63,995 bases of DNA, filler included, from Basidiobolus ranarum (GCA_040143965.1; 9 parts of 9 records of this genome joined end to end with filler, not necessarily neighbours in it); one strand, 5' to 3'; positions 25,385 to 36,116 are shown, counted from the first letter of the whole stretch. The notes: generated from the sequence alone by a model not told the origin. Numbers and translations: made by a program.

Positions 25385-27078
25385 TGGGCCTCCGGTACCG
25401 CTCGGTGGGTTTTATAGGTTTTTTGGTGTAGCACCAGGCTCTGCTCAAAATCAGGGAAATTGAGGCCGAGCTGTTTTCCATAGATCCAGTACCATCTGGA
25501 TTGACAGTTTGGCTTATGAATTTGTCGCAGAATTTGGTAGTATGCTTTGTTGGTCAACATTGCTGTTTGGCTGTCCTCATCCAAGTCTGCAAAGCACCTA
25601 CCTAAACCCTGATGATATTGTGGGTTGCTAGGCATCCTCATATACATATTTGCTTGTTCCAGCGTTTTGCTAACAAACAACAAATGCTGGACTGGGATTA
25701 GTACTTCCATCAAGCTCCTACCTATAAAGTGGATGTTGATGACATGGTCTCTTGAGATTCCAATGTCAGCCAGAATGGTACGGACTTGGTTGATAGGCAC
25801 CCTTCGGCAGACAACATGCTTATTGATAAAATCTGTTGGCAAGAAGTGGTCCCATTTGTGGGAGGGAGTACGTCTCAATTCCGCCGTTTTTTCTTTCAAA
25901 AAGTTCGCCCTCTCTTCCTCTCTCTGGTTCCTATCCTGCTGGTTGGAAGGTTCTGGGCCGTTCATTGAATTCTCATCGTTGTCTACCCTGCGTTGTGGAC
26001 TTGCCGTGTGCAGTATCCAAGGATCTGTTGATTGGCTGCCCGGCCTATGGCTTGGTGCAGTGCCGGAATTGCCCTCCTGTCTGTTGGCTTGTGTCCTCCC
26101 GTTAGTACCTTTCACTGCGTTAGCATATGGTGCCTGGTTAGTTGCTACCTGTGAGGAGGGGATGCTCTCCTGACTGTCTTCGTTGCCAATCCGTTCCCAT
26201 TCCCTCTCCTTTGTCTCAGGTGTCTGTGGCACTATTGGAGAGGTTATAGTATCCCGTCTCTCCCTTTGGCCTGATTGATTTGAGATGAGTGTTGCAGTCG
26301 GGGAGTGCTGCTTGTTTGTCGCCAGTTGGGGTGCCATGTTCCCTACAGGCGGATCAACAACTTGCCTCATTGCAATTGGTGTTGCAGCTGTTGGGCTTGG
26401 CCGTTGCATCTGATGTCTTAGTTGTGTTAACTCCGTTCTAATGGAGGTGCATATGGTAGTGAGCTGGGATACTGCCATGTTGATGCTCTCGATCTTTGCT
26501 GAGAGCAACATGATGGTTCTCAGGTATATTTCGTCTGTTGGCGTTTGTTCCCGTCCCTCCAACTGGGCCTCCTCCACCGTGTTGTTGGTACTACCTGCTT
26601 CCCCATCTATCTCCATCTCCAAGTCCTCTGCTGTGGCGGAACTATGCACCCAGACTGCGTTTGTTGCATTGTCGCCACTAGCTAGTCTTGCTTCTGCCTG
26701 CCTATCGCTCACTACGCTGGAGGATTGTGTAGTGTCACATCTGGATCCCTGGGTCCATATGTTTGTGATTTCTGGCTGTTTGCCTTTCCTTACTGACGCC
26801 TTACCTCTATTGAGGATGTAACGAATTGTATTTTCTGTGTATGTTCGATTGCACTTCTCCTTCTGGTTCGTGGTGCTCTTTTGGGCCGCCTGGCACCGGA
26901 ATCGAATAATTCGGTCCATTTTTACTCCAACCTTGGATTTGCGATCCGTCCCATCAAATCGGATCCCCCCCTTGGTGTGACATTTATCGCATACTAGAAA
27001 TTGGCTGTAGGTATCAAATTCTGATTTGAGTTTGATTTGCCCCACCGTTAGGGGATAGTCACCTATTAATCTCGGCAT
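25381..27078 (-). CDS. LINE ORF1 protein (565 aa)
   Basis: N-terminal Cys cluster (CDKC...FRC...C), coiled-coil-like segment, disordered linker, and a C-terminal RRM-like block (RRVPINQVRTILADIGISRDHVINIHFIGRSLMEVL). Immediately precedes ORF2. Confidence 0.8.
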   Translation of the reverse strand: MPRLIGDYPLTVGQIKLKSEFDTYSQFLVCDKCHTKGGIRFDGTDRKSKVGVKMDRIIRFRCQAAQKSTTNQKEKCNRTYTENTIRYILNRGKASVRKGKQPEITNIWTQGSRCDTTQSSSVVSDRQAEARLASGDNATNAVWVHSSATAEDLEMEIDGEAGSTNNTVEEAQLEGREQTPTDEIYLRTIMLLSAKIESINMAVSQLTTICTSIRTELTQLRHQMQRPSPTAATPIAMRQVVDPPVGNMAPQLATNKQHSPTATLISNQSGQRERRDTITSPIVPQTPETKEREWERIGNEDSQESIPSSQVATNQAPYANAVKGTNGRTQANRQEGNSGTAPSHRPGSQSTDPWILHTASPQRRVDNDENSMNGPEPSNQQDRNQREEERANFLKEKTAELRRTPSHKWDHFLPTDFINKHVVCRRVPINQVRTILADIGISRDHVINIHFIGRSLMEVLIPVQHLLFVSKTLEQANMYMRMPSNPQYHQGLGRCFADLDEDSQTAMLTNKAYYQILRQIHKPNCQSRWYWIYGKQLGLNFPDFEQSLVLHQKTYKTHRAVPEAQ

Positions 27079-27261
27079 GCCTGGAGTTGCACCACTGGAA
27101 TGGTGCTTAGGTGTGCGTAGGTGTGCCTAAGTCTGCGTTAGTGTGACTCTGGGAGGGCTAGGGTATGCCTGTAAGCTGGGGGAGGGGTGATTGTTGGGGT
27201 GCTCTGTTAGCTATAAAAGAGATGGTTAGTTGGCTAGGCGTGGAGAGTGAACAGCTGTTCC

Positions 27262-27790
27262 CCCCATTGTCACAGTAAGGTGGTAGTTCCCCAGTCATTC
27301 TGTCTTGAGGAACAGTGTAAACTTGGCAGAGAAGTTTCCATCTCCTGATGAAAGCTGGAACCTTGGTTCCATCAAAGAAGGGAGTTCCTGGGCATCCTCA
27401 TAATGGTAGTATAGGGGTTTACATGTTGAATGGGTTTTAGTAGTAGTAGTCTTTCTTGTTGTAAGTCTTCACAGAGATTTAGTTGAACCACCCACAATGG
27501 GTGCCAAGTATAGTAGTTCTTGGGTGTAAGCAGCAAGTAAAACTGCAATATCCAAAGGGTTTTGTGAGGTGCTCAAAGGGTGTGCTCACCATGGTTGAAA
27601 AACTCTGGGATGTACTGTAATAAGGGTCTGTCTCCTGCCTCTTGAGTCTTTGTAAAAGGAAATCAAACCTCTAGAAATATTTAAGGACTGATAAGCCACA
27701 ATGCAATGTCCAGCTTTCTGTTGACCAATATGCTGGTGCCTGACAAAAGAATATACTGGCTTAAATATCCTTGGAGTCCTTGACAAAAAA
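27262..27790 (-). mobile_element. Degenerate Ty3/Gypsy-like 5' region and gag N-terminus, cut by the LINE
   Basis: Minus-strand peptide PGTPFFDGTKVPAFIRRWKLLCQVYTVPQDRMTGELPPYC resembles fungal Gypsy gag starts. CpG-depleted. Confidence 0.55.
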
Positions 27791-27871
27791 ATTTGAATTT
27801 GCTTTTCATACTATTTTCTCAAATCTTCTCCAAATCATCTCAAATTTTCACTCATGCTTAACAGGCATGTT

Positions 27872-28800
27872 TGTTATGATCTAAGCATGTCCAATAGTCC
27901 AATTTCATAGTAATCTATAAATAGGAGATCTCCAATTCAATAAAACTTTAGTGTTTAATATAATACCCAGTTCTTGTCCAAAACACTTCCAAATCCTCTA
28001 AACACTTTTATCAGGTTATGAGCACCAACTAGTTATTAAAGGAATGTCCATCAGCACCATAACCAATGTTCTTGCATCCACAGCAAAGTTTGATGGTAAA
28101 GACTTTGCTCTTAGAAGTTCAAGATGCAAATTGTGCTAGAAAACAAAGACTTTTGGGGATTTGTTACTGGAGATGAAATCCAGCCAAAGGGACCACCAGA
28201 AGTGAAATGTGTATTTTACAAGAAGCAAAGGTAAACACTCTCTACACTTTATCTACATCTCAGAGATTCTCAATTAAGTTGTAGATAATCAGCCAAAACA
28301 TCAAAAATCTGATAATGTTGGGAACCTCATAATTGTCTTAGAATAAAGATCAGAGCCATTAACAATGGACAATGTTGCTGCTAGGCTTTTGAATGAGTAA
28401 TTTAGGAGATCTATTTTCAGCAAAACAATGAAGAACAAGCATCTTTTGGGGCTGTAAAATATCCAACAGGTTTCAATAATTGTGCCCCTAATAGGAAATA
28501 ATTCATCTGCAAGTATTTTAATAAACAGGCCACTTGATCAAAGAATGTAGAAAAAGTATTTTTTCTGAAAAGCTAATATTGGAACATGCAAATCACATAA
28601 GCACTAATAGGGATCATCTATTTGTGTTGGCCCTATCAGTTACCATTAATAAAGACTCAGTAATGTGGTACATTGATTCAGGAGCTTCTCAACATATGTC
28701 AAACAAGAGAGATTGGGTTTCCAGCTTAAGACTCATCCAAACAAGGAAAGTCTACTTAGGTGATAACTATGTACTAGATGCAGTTGGTAAGTGCACAGTA
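27872..28800 (+). mobile_element. Degenerate Ty1/Copia element: short 5' LTR (~27872-28013), PBS (28014-28023), gag and protease relics
   Basis: TGTT...TCA followed by GGTTATGAGC. KFDGKDFA-KFKMQIVLENKDFWGFV gag motif and WYIDSGASQHMS protease motif. Many stops and frameshifts. Confidence 0.85.
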
Positions 28801-29634
28801 NNNNNNNNNNNNNNNNNNNNNNNNNNNNNNNNNNNNNNNNNNNNTTAATTAATTAANNNNNNNNNNNNNNNNNNNNNNNNNNNNNNNNNNNNNNNNNNNN
28901 TATAGAGATATTCCTATTTAGAATATAGGGGCTATAGATACATAGATTTCTGTTTCTGATATATGTATCATAACTAAAGTTAACTATGCTATTGAATGAA
29001 GATTAATTATCTAACAGATACTCACAGTCCTAACTTGTTAGTGTTGATGTTTATCATCTTTATCATATTTGTTATCTCTATCTTTATACACCTAACTACT
29101 TCATATATCACATATAAGCTAGTTAAGATTACTTAGTCAAATATCACTTGACTGCATCAGAACATATATTATATATATATGTGAATAATGTGAGAATTAG
29201 CAATTCCATATTGGAAATTTCAAACTTGTCCAAATTGCCCCAAAGCTAGCTCATTTTACTCTCACAGATGTTCCAAGCACAACCCTAGTGTTATTTTTCT
29301 GTATTTCCACAAAAATGTATAACTTCTTCATTTCTGGACAACAAATAAATATCTCACAAAAGCTGTTCACAGCTCCACTTGTTTACAGTTCCTCCAAACA
29401 GCCCATATTTTCCCAATAATTAGGAAACTCATCTTTGTCAACATTGCAACTTTATCTTTGAATTGTATATTTTAACTTGGCTTATATATTGATTAACTTT
29501 GTATAAACAATAATTAAATATTACATCCTGTGGTGTATATCACCCCCCTAACCCTAAATTTTTCAGGAGATGGGAAAGTTCCAGATATTTGAGAAGTAGA
29601 CTTGACAGGGATTGCAAGCTTGGGGCTCATAACC

Positions 29635-30295
29635 TATTCAAGTATTTGGGAGCCTGCTAGAAGTGGTAAAGAGAATTAGAGAAATTGGTGGTTTTCACTT
29701 TTTGATTTATCAAGTAGAACATTGATTTTTATACTTTTGTCAAAGTGTAAATAAATTATGTGTAGAATGTTTCAAGGAAGGTCCCAGAGTCATGTGTTCA
29801 AAGCTTGGGGCCTCTGACATGAGATTGAAAAATCTATATATCTGGGAACTTTCAAGTTGATAAAATATTCCAAGTAAATTCAAATTGTGAATTATGGATA
29901 ATATCTTAGTTCGATATAGGATAACTGCATACTAACTTATATATCACTATATAGGTATTTAGGCAAGGCTAATTTCAACATTTATTTGGTGATATAAAGC
30001 TTGGAGCTTAGTTATTCCATACTTCACGAAGAGAATCCCTACTACTTTGAATTTGAACTTATTCTGAATACTTGTATCAACTTTAAAGTTCTTAGATATA
30101 TAGATTTCTCGATGTTGTTCTAAAGGCCCCAAATCTTGCACGCATGTTCCTGGTACACATGCTACAAGTCTGCTTGTTTACATTCATACAGAGCTATTAC
30201 TGTTAACTTTCCTCTCAATAAATCAACAAGTGAATCCACGAATTCTCTAACTCTCCAAACCACTTCTAATAATTGCCCAACAGAATTGTAACTAC
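29635..30295. mobile_element. Foldback/MITE-like element made of two inverted, diverged ~300-350-bp arms
   Basis: Left arm AGAAGTGGTAAAGAGAATTAGAGAAATTGG (~29660) versus right arm AATTCTCTAACTCTCCAAACCACTTCT (~30241). GAAAAATCTATATATCTG versus AGATATATAGATTTCTC. Same unit at 62570-63950. Confidence 0.75.
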
Positions 30296-30774
30296 TAAAT
30301 TCTAAACTGAGTTTATCAAAAGAGTTGCGCATTCACAAGACACGTTATAGCCTTAATTTCACGCTCATATCTGGATAAAGCTGTATGTAAAGTTGATATA
30401 ATATTTAGAAGTCACCTTTGTATATGGAGCAGAGCAGCTATCTATTAGTGCGGTTTTATGGAGATTTCCAATGTTGCACCTTTTGTATTTTGGAGATATA
30501 ATATATATTTAACAAGGATATGTAGTGATGCTGAGGAAAGCACAACTATATTACTAAAATAGGGAATGGTAAGCTATACAGGACTCATGGAATTACCCAT
30601 TTTGATGTAAATGATAATCTTTGAATGGATGCCGAATTAAGGGATAAACCATATCCGTTGAACCAATGGGAAATGGGTTACAATAACCAAAGATGATCTA
30701 TTTAAGATTGATAATATGGTATTCTGAACTAGTTATTAAAGTATTTAAACTATAGTCTCTGAACTGAGCAGATT

Positions 30775-30782
30775 TATATAAA
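30775..30782 (+). promoter_or_regulatory. TATA box upstream of the deaminase
   Basis: TATATAAA about 45 bp before ATG 30827. Confidence 0.5.
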
Positions 30783-30826
30783 CCACTCGTAATCACCTCC
30801 TCCATTACTTATTACAACAGTTGAAC

Positions 30827-31294
30827 ATGAACTTTGCTGAACGTACCATTGAACTAGCTAAGGAAAACGTGAGGAATGGTGGTCGTCCATTTGCCTGTGT
30901 CATTGTTCAAAATGGGGAGATTGTCGTGGAGAGTCCTAATCTTGTAGCTCAAACCCATGACCCTACAGCTCACGCAGAAATTCTTGCTGTAAGAGCCGCT
31001 TGTATGAAACTTCAAACGGAGCATTTAACTGAGTGTGAGATTTACGTTCTTGCAAGCCCATGTCCCATGTGCTTAGGCTCTCTCTATTATTGTAGCCCAA
31101 AGAAGGTGATATATCTAACCACACGTGAAGAGTACGCCGAATACTATACGGATGATAGAAAGTACTTTGAGTTGCAGACCTTTTATGATGAATACACTAA
31201 GCCTGTTGAACAGCGTCGTTTACCTATGGTTAAGGAGCATAGACAAGATGCTTTAGAAGTGTATGCTTTATGGAAGGAGCTGAATAAGCAATAG
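30827..31294 (+). CDS. Zn-dependent nucleoside/guanine deaminase (CDA superfamily, bacterial GuaD-like), 155 aa
   Basis: GGRPFACVIV, HDPTAHAE and PCPMCLG motifs intact. Intronless. Confidence 0.9.
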   Translation: MNFAERTIELAKENVRNGGRPFACVIVQNGEIVVESPNLVAQTHDPTAHAEILAVRAACMKLQTEHLTECEIYVLASPCPMCLGSLYYCSPKKVIYLTTREEYAEYYTDDRKYFELQTFYDEYTKPVEQRRLPMVKEHRQDALEVYALWKELNKQ

Positions 31295-31945
31295 ATTGTA
31301 TTTAGTTAACACGAAATAAATCAATTATTGTATTATTAATTGTGTGTCAAAGTAACGAAATTTGTACGTTGTATTCGTTAACACTGTCGGAATAATGATT
31401 TAGCATTTGAGCACGAAAGACGTCATCACATGCAGATTCACTACATGATATTATGATTGAACTTCGGTACTAACTTAACCCTAAGGTGACAACTCTGGAT
31501 ACTAACTAGAGAACGTGTCATAGAGTGTGTCAGAATCACACTAAATTCAAACCGGTTAGCAGTGTTGAGAGCTACATCAAGTTATACTCTGATTATTGAA
31601 AACTAATCTATTTATTGTACTAGTTAGTTCAAGCCAATGTTGATGTTTAAATTTTTTTGCATATTTTCAGTATTTGTCAAAGAAGCAAACGGAAATATAT
31701 GGCATAATCTCTTAGCGTTACTACCACTAGCATCGTAAGCACAAATATAGACTTGCCAACATTTTATTGAACCAACATATGACGAGTGGGCGAGTACTGA
31801 AGATAGTTAGATAAAAGCACCACCACCAGCAAAGGAACGCAGCTTGATAGACAGAGTGAAAAGATACTTGCATAAAACATTATACTACCTAATTATCGCC
31901 AGTTATTCATGAATTTCTTGGTTAAAGTCAGGAATGAAGTCTACA

Positions 31946-32952
31946 TCAGGCCCAGTCCTTCATATCTAAAGTAATTTTCCCTATTACTATACCATCTTCA
32001 ACTTTTTTATGTGCAGCACGGAGATCTTCCAATGGGAAGTTCAATGTCTCGGTAACAGTAAGTTGAATAATTCCAGAGTCAATCAAGTCCGCAACTTGAT
32101 TTAAAATCAGCGATTGTGAAAGCATGTCATGATTAAACATACTCTTAGTGAACATTAATTCCCAAGAGAAGCTTAGAGACTTGTCCATGTTTACGAAAGG
32201 TAGAGAATCTCTCGCTTCTACGATAGTAACTATACGCCCAAAAGGCTTGATGATATCCTGAGCTATCGGGAGATAATTTGCTGTGGAGTGGCAAATGAAT
32301 ATATAATCTACAGTTAAGCCAAGTTCAGATAGTTGTGGCTTAAGGTCTTCACGATGTTATATTACATGAGTAGCACGCATTGTTGTGCACCATTCCTTAG
32401 TTTCAGGACGCGAGGCAGTAGCAATGATATTTTCAACACTTTCAAAGCAAATTGTATAGCCAGTGAGCCAACCCCACCAGCACCATTAATAATTAGGATG
32501 GATTTGGGTTGCTTAGCTGATTTACTTTCCGGGATTGGGATACAAAGCTGCTCTACCAATGCCTCCCACGCGGTAAGGGCAGTCTAGGGTAATCCTGCTG
32601 CGTCAGTAAAGGATAATAACTTCGGCTTTCTGCCAACAATATGCTCATCGACCAAAGTATATTGAGAATTGGAACCTGAACGAATTAAAGACCCTGCGTA
32701 CATCACATGATCACCCATTTGGTATTGCTTTACTCCCTCACCAATTGCTTCCACCACGCCTGCTCCATCCCAACCTAACACCAAGGGATATTCGGGAGAA
32801 AATGACCCATGTCGCGCCTTACAATCTACAGGATTTACAGAAACTGCCAAGTTACGAACCAAAATATCAGTTCCAGTAGGAGATGGCTTTGGAAGAGTGC
32901 TTTCTTCGAGGACGGATACATCGCCGCTTTTTTGCTGTAAAATTACTCTCAT
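31946..32952 (-). pseudogene. Zinc-type alcohol dehydrogenase-like / NADPH:quinone oxidoreductase (MDR family) pseudogene
   Basis: AVSVNPVD, VLGWDGAGVV, NGAGGVGSLAIQ, SLSFSWELMFT, GKITL. TAG at 32584-32586, a frameshift near 32430 and TAA near 32357-32359. Confidence 0.88.
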
Positions 32953-33467
32953 CGGTAGTATAAGCTGTGTACAGTATAAATTGTGATTAATGGAATGGAA
33001 TAATCTCGAGCTATTTATTATCAAGAACATTTACTACATATATTCTAATAATAACTGGCTTAGTAATATACGAAGGGATTAGTAACATGTGAGAGGAATT
33101 ACTAAGCGTTATAATGTCAATCGCTGGGCTGAGTCTCTTGGTTGACGAGATCCTCTCTCAGCGGGTTTAGTGTGCATATGAAAGGCATTGTTGCTAAGAC
33201 TAATATTGACTACCAAACTTGTTTATTATTTCTCTATTTTTCCCTTAGAATCTTCATTACTAATCCTAAACTTTCTCAAATTTTTTTAAGATGTAGAATT
33301 ATCCTTACTCTGTGTGTTATCAGTCAAGAAAGTTTGCTCATATTTCTATCTACTTCACTAAAGGTAATTTTTGAACGTAATTGTTAGATATTGAATAGAT
33401 TATTTTTTATTGATATTTTATTCTTCGTCAACTAGTTTAGTTAGTATCAATTGTGACTACTTTTCAA

Positions 33468-34754
33468 TTATTTCTTCGCGGTTTCATTTTCATTGTTGTC
33501 GTCAAAATCTTCTGGAGGTTCACTTTTGCTTCCTGAGTTTGACCTGCAATCACTGCTGATTGAATCGGTTTTCTCTGTAAAGTGGCCGTGGGCTTGATCT
33601 TCTTCAGATCCAGATAATGAATTCTCCTCGCATGAAACATCTCTACTGCTTTCATTGTGTCTAGGCTGAAGTTTACTTGCTGACTGAAAATCACCGCCTC
33701 TTCTTTCATATCCTAATGGGTTTCTATTTTCTTGTTGATCGTCGAGATGCTTTCCTCCACGTCTAGACAGAGATTTCTCCTTATATCTATTCGATTTACT
33801 GATCCGATGTCGACCGTTTTTAGGGGAATATTTGTCTTTTGGTCCACGGAACGGGTATCTTCCTCCATGTCTAGGCAAATATATATCCTCACCTTCACTG
33901 TCCCAGTGATTTTCATATTTCGGTAAGAATCTGTCATCCGGTGCAATACCCCCAACTTGTCCACCATGCCTGGGTGAAAATCTGTCGTCAAGTTCACCGC
34001 CCCAGTGTCTAGCATGTTTAGGTGGGAATATATTCTCTGACTCCATACTCCAATGATGTCCACCATATCTGGGAGGGAATCCAATATCAGGCCCAAAACT
34101 CCAACGTTTTTTTCCTTGTCTAGGTGTAAATTTGTGGTTTAGTTCGCCACCACAGTGTCTCGCGAATCTAGGTAGAAATCTATCATCAGGCTCCATACCC
34201 CAATGCCAATTACCACTTCTGAATGGGAAACCAATATCAGATCCGATATTCCAGAGTCCACCGCCATGTCTAGGTGGGAATCCATTGTTAAATTCTTCAT
34301 TCCAGGGTCGTGCACCTCTAAGCGGAAATCTATCATCAGGCCCCATACCCCACAGTCCTCCTCCGCGTTTATGTAGAAACCTGTGATTAGGTCCAATATT
34401 CCAGTTTCTTGTCTCATATCCATGCGGGAACCCATTTTCAAGGCCAGAAACACTACCATATCTCGGTAAGAAACTACCTAAAGATTGAGTGTGCGAGTGC
34501 ATTTTATCCCCAAGATTACTATTGTAGCGGTCTCCATTATAACTAAGAATTAAGTTTATTTCAAGTTCACTACTACAGTGCTCACAATTACAGGTAGATT
34601 GAGGATTATCCTCGTCAATGATAGAGTTGTTTGATACAATAGGAACATCACATAATTCACACAACATACTATCATTCAAACCCACATCAGGTGTTAATCT
34701 TCCAATTGGTTGTTCACAGCTAGACTCACCATATACTGTACACTTTGAAGGCAT
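33468..34754 (-). CDS. Orphan 428-aa protein with an N-terminal Cys cluster and ~16-17-aa W/D/F-P-R-H-G-G repeats
   Basis: Intronless ORF from ATG 34754. TATAAATA about 70 bp upstream. CELC...CNCEHC, then about 12 degenerate repeats, then an acidic tail. Confidence 0.7.
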   Translation of the reverse strand: MPSKCTVYGESSCEQPIGRLTPDVGLNDSMLCELCDVPIVSNNSIIDEDNPQSTCNCEHCSSELEINLILSYNGDRYNSNLGDKMHSHTQSLGSFLPRYGSVSGLENGFPHGYETRNWNIGPNHRFLHKRGGGLWGMGPDDRFPLRGARPWNEEFNNGFPPRHGGGLWNIGSDIGFPFRSGNWHWGMEPDDRFLPRFARHCGGELNHKFTPRQGKKRWSFGPDIGFPPRYGGHHWSMESENIFPPKHARHWGGELDDRFSPRHGGQVGGIAPDDRFLPKYENHWDSEGEDIYLPRHGGRYPFRGPKDKYSPKNGRHRISKSNRYKEKSLSRRGGKHLDDQQENRNPLGYERRGGDFQSASKLQPRHNESSRDVSCEENSLSGSEEDQAHGHFTEKTDSISSDCRSNSGSKSEPPEDFDDNNENETAKK

Positions 34755-35763
34755 TGCTAAGTAGTTTAGTTGATATTTAGATGATTGAACGGTTGGATGG
34801 TTGGATGGTTGGAGCACACTTATTTATAGTTAGAAATTGGATCAAATGCTTCCGCAATAAATTTCATTCGAATTCCGCAGTTCCCAAAATATAAACCGCA
34901 AATTATTACTACGGAAGATGAATGTAATTTCCCCCTTAGACGGAATTTGTCTGTCAAGGATAGGAAATACTTTTCGCCAATGGAAGAAAGGACTAAAAAT
35001 AAGCCAGAATGTCCGAATAATATTCACTGATCTCATTTTAATTGATCTATTGATGAAGCTTGGATATATACCTCTAGTTTGCGAAATGTGAGCCTGGCTA
35101 GATTCTAGAAATAAGTCAAGCAGTACTTATTTATATCCACTCGTTTTCAATCCATTTGTTTTACTAATATGTTAAGATAGTTGTGTTCCAGGATATCCAC
35201 TCGAGTATCAGCCAACTGGATGTACCAATTCCTGACATTTGATCAATGTTATCATGAAGAATGGAGTTCTAGCCTTGAATCAAGTTTACGCCTATTAAAG
35301 GATTATGATTACTTCGCGATGGGAGCTCCAAACTAGCTCTAGATATTAAACTTAACGTGTCAAATGGCTACTTGAGAGGCCAAAAATTCCAAGCATTCAA
35401 GTTACGCTTTACATTATCCGATCGAAGTGATATCCTCAACATTTGTATACAGCTAGCTAATGCGAATAATCTTAGTATGTGATGAAATTACAAGTTTACA
35501 TATAGATATTACATCATGTAGATAGAGAACTTTAATACGAAAGGGGCTTACTACTTGATGGTCCTTTCTACAACCCCAAATCATCACATATACTAGGGTG
35601 TCTATAAATATTGGAATCAGTAAAATAAATGCGATAGAACCTCACCATTGTATTCCCTTTTATAAGAAAAATCATCAAAGGAATAATAGCCATAATAAAT
35701 TTTATTAGCCAAGAAATGCAACATGGAAACTGAATTTAAAAGGTATTAGGTGAAGTTACGATA

Positions 35764-36016
35764 CTAATGATTTTTGGCGATTTCATCTACACTTCTTCCC
35801 TTGGTTTCGGGAACAAAGAAGTAGTCAAATATCAAAAATACAAAGTTAAAAACCACGAAAATGATGAACACCTTCGAACCCATAGAGTTGATCAGAGTAG
35901 GGAAAATGAATCCAACAATGAAATTACAGATCCAGTTCACTGTGGTAGCTGATGAGATAACAACTCCTGCTGCCCAAGTAGGAACCATTTCTGGGGTAAT
36001 CATGAATGGAACACAC
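35764..36016 (-). CDS. MFS sugar porter, C-terminal fragment
   Basis: PFMITPEM...VNWICNFIVGFIFP...FFVPETKGRSVDEI sugar-porter signature. Confidence 0.9.
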
Positions 36017-36116
36017 NNNNNNNNNNNNNNNNNNNNNNNNNNNNNNNNNNNNNNNNNNNNTTAATTAATTAANNNNNNNNNNNNNNNNNNNNNNNNNNNN
36101 NNNNNNNNNNNNNNNN

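Larger units (their letters stand above)
21900..27260 (-). mobile_element. Near full-length non-LTR retrotransposon (LINE; APE + RT + C-terminal CCHC), about 5.3 kb; ends approximate
   Basis: ORF1 followed by ORF2 with endonuclease and RT motifs. GC-richer and CpG-richer than the flanks. No clear poly(A) or TSD seen. Confidence 0.93.

Noticed and set aside
22033..26821. Many plus-strand ORFs antisense to the LINE ORFs
   Set aside because: Shadow frames of GC-richer coding sequence with no recognisable motifs.
33464..34459. Overlapping alternative ORFs within the repeat-protein gene
   Set aside because: Explained by the repeat structure of the main frame.
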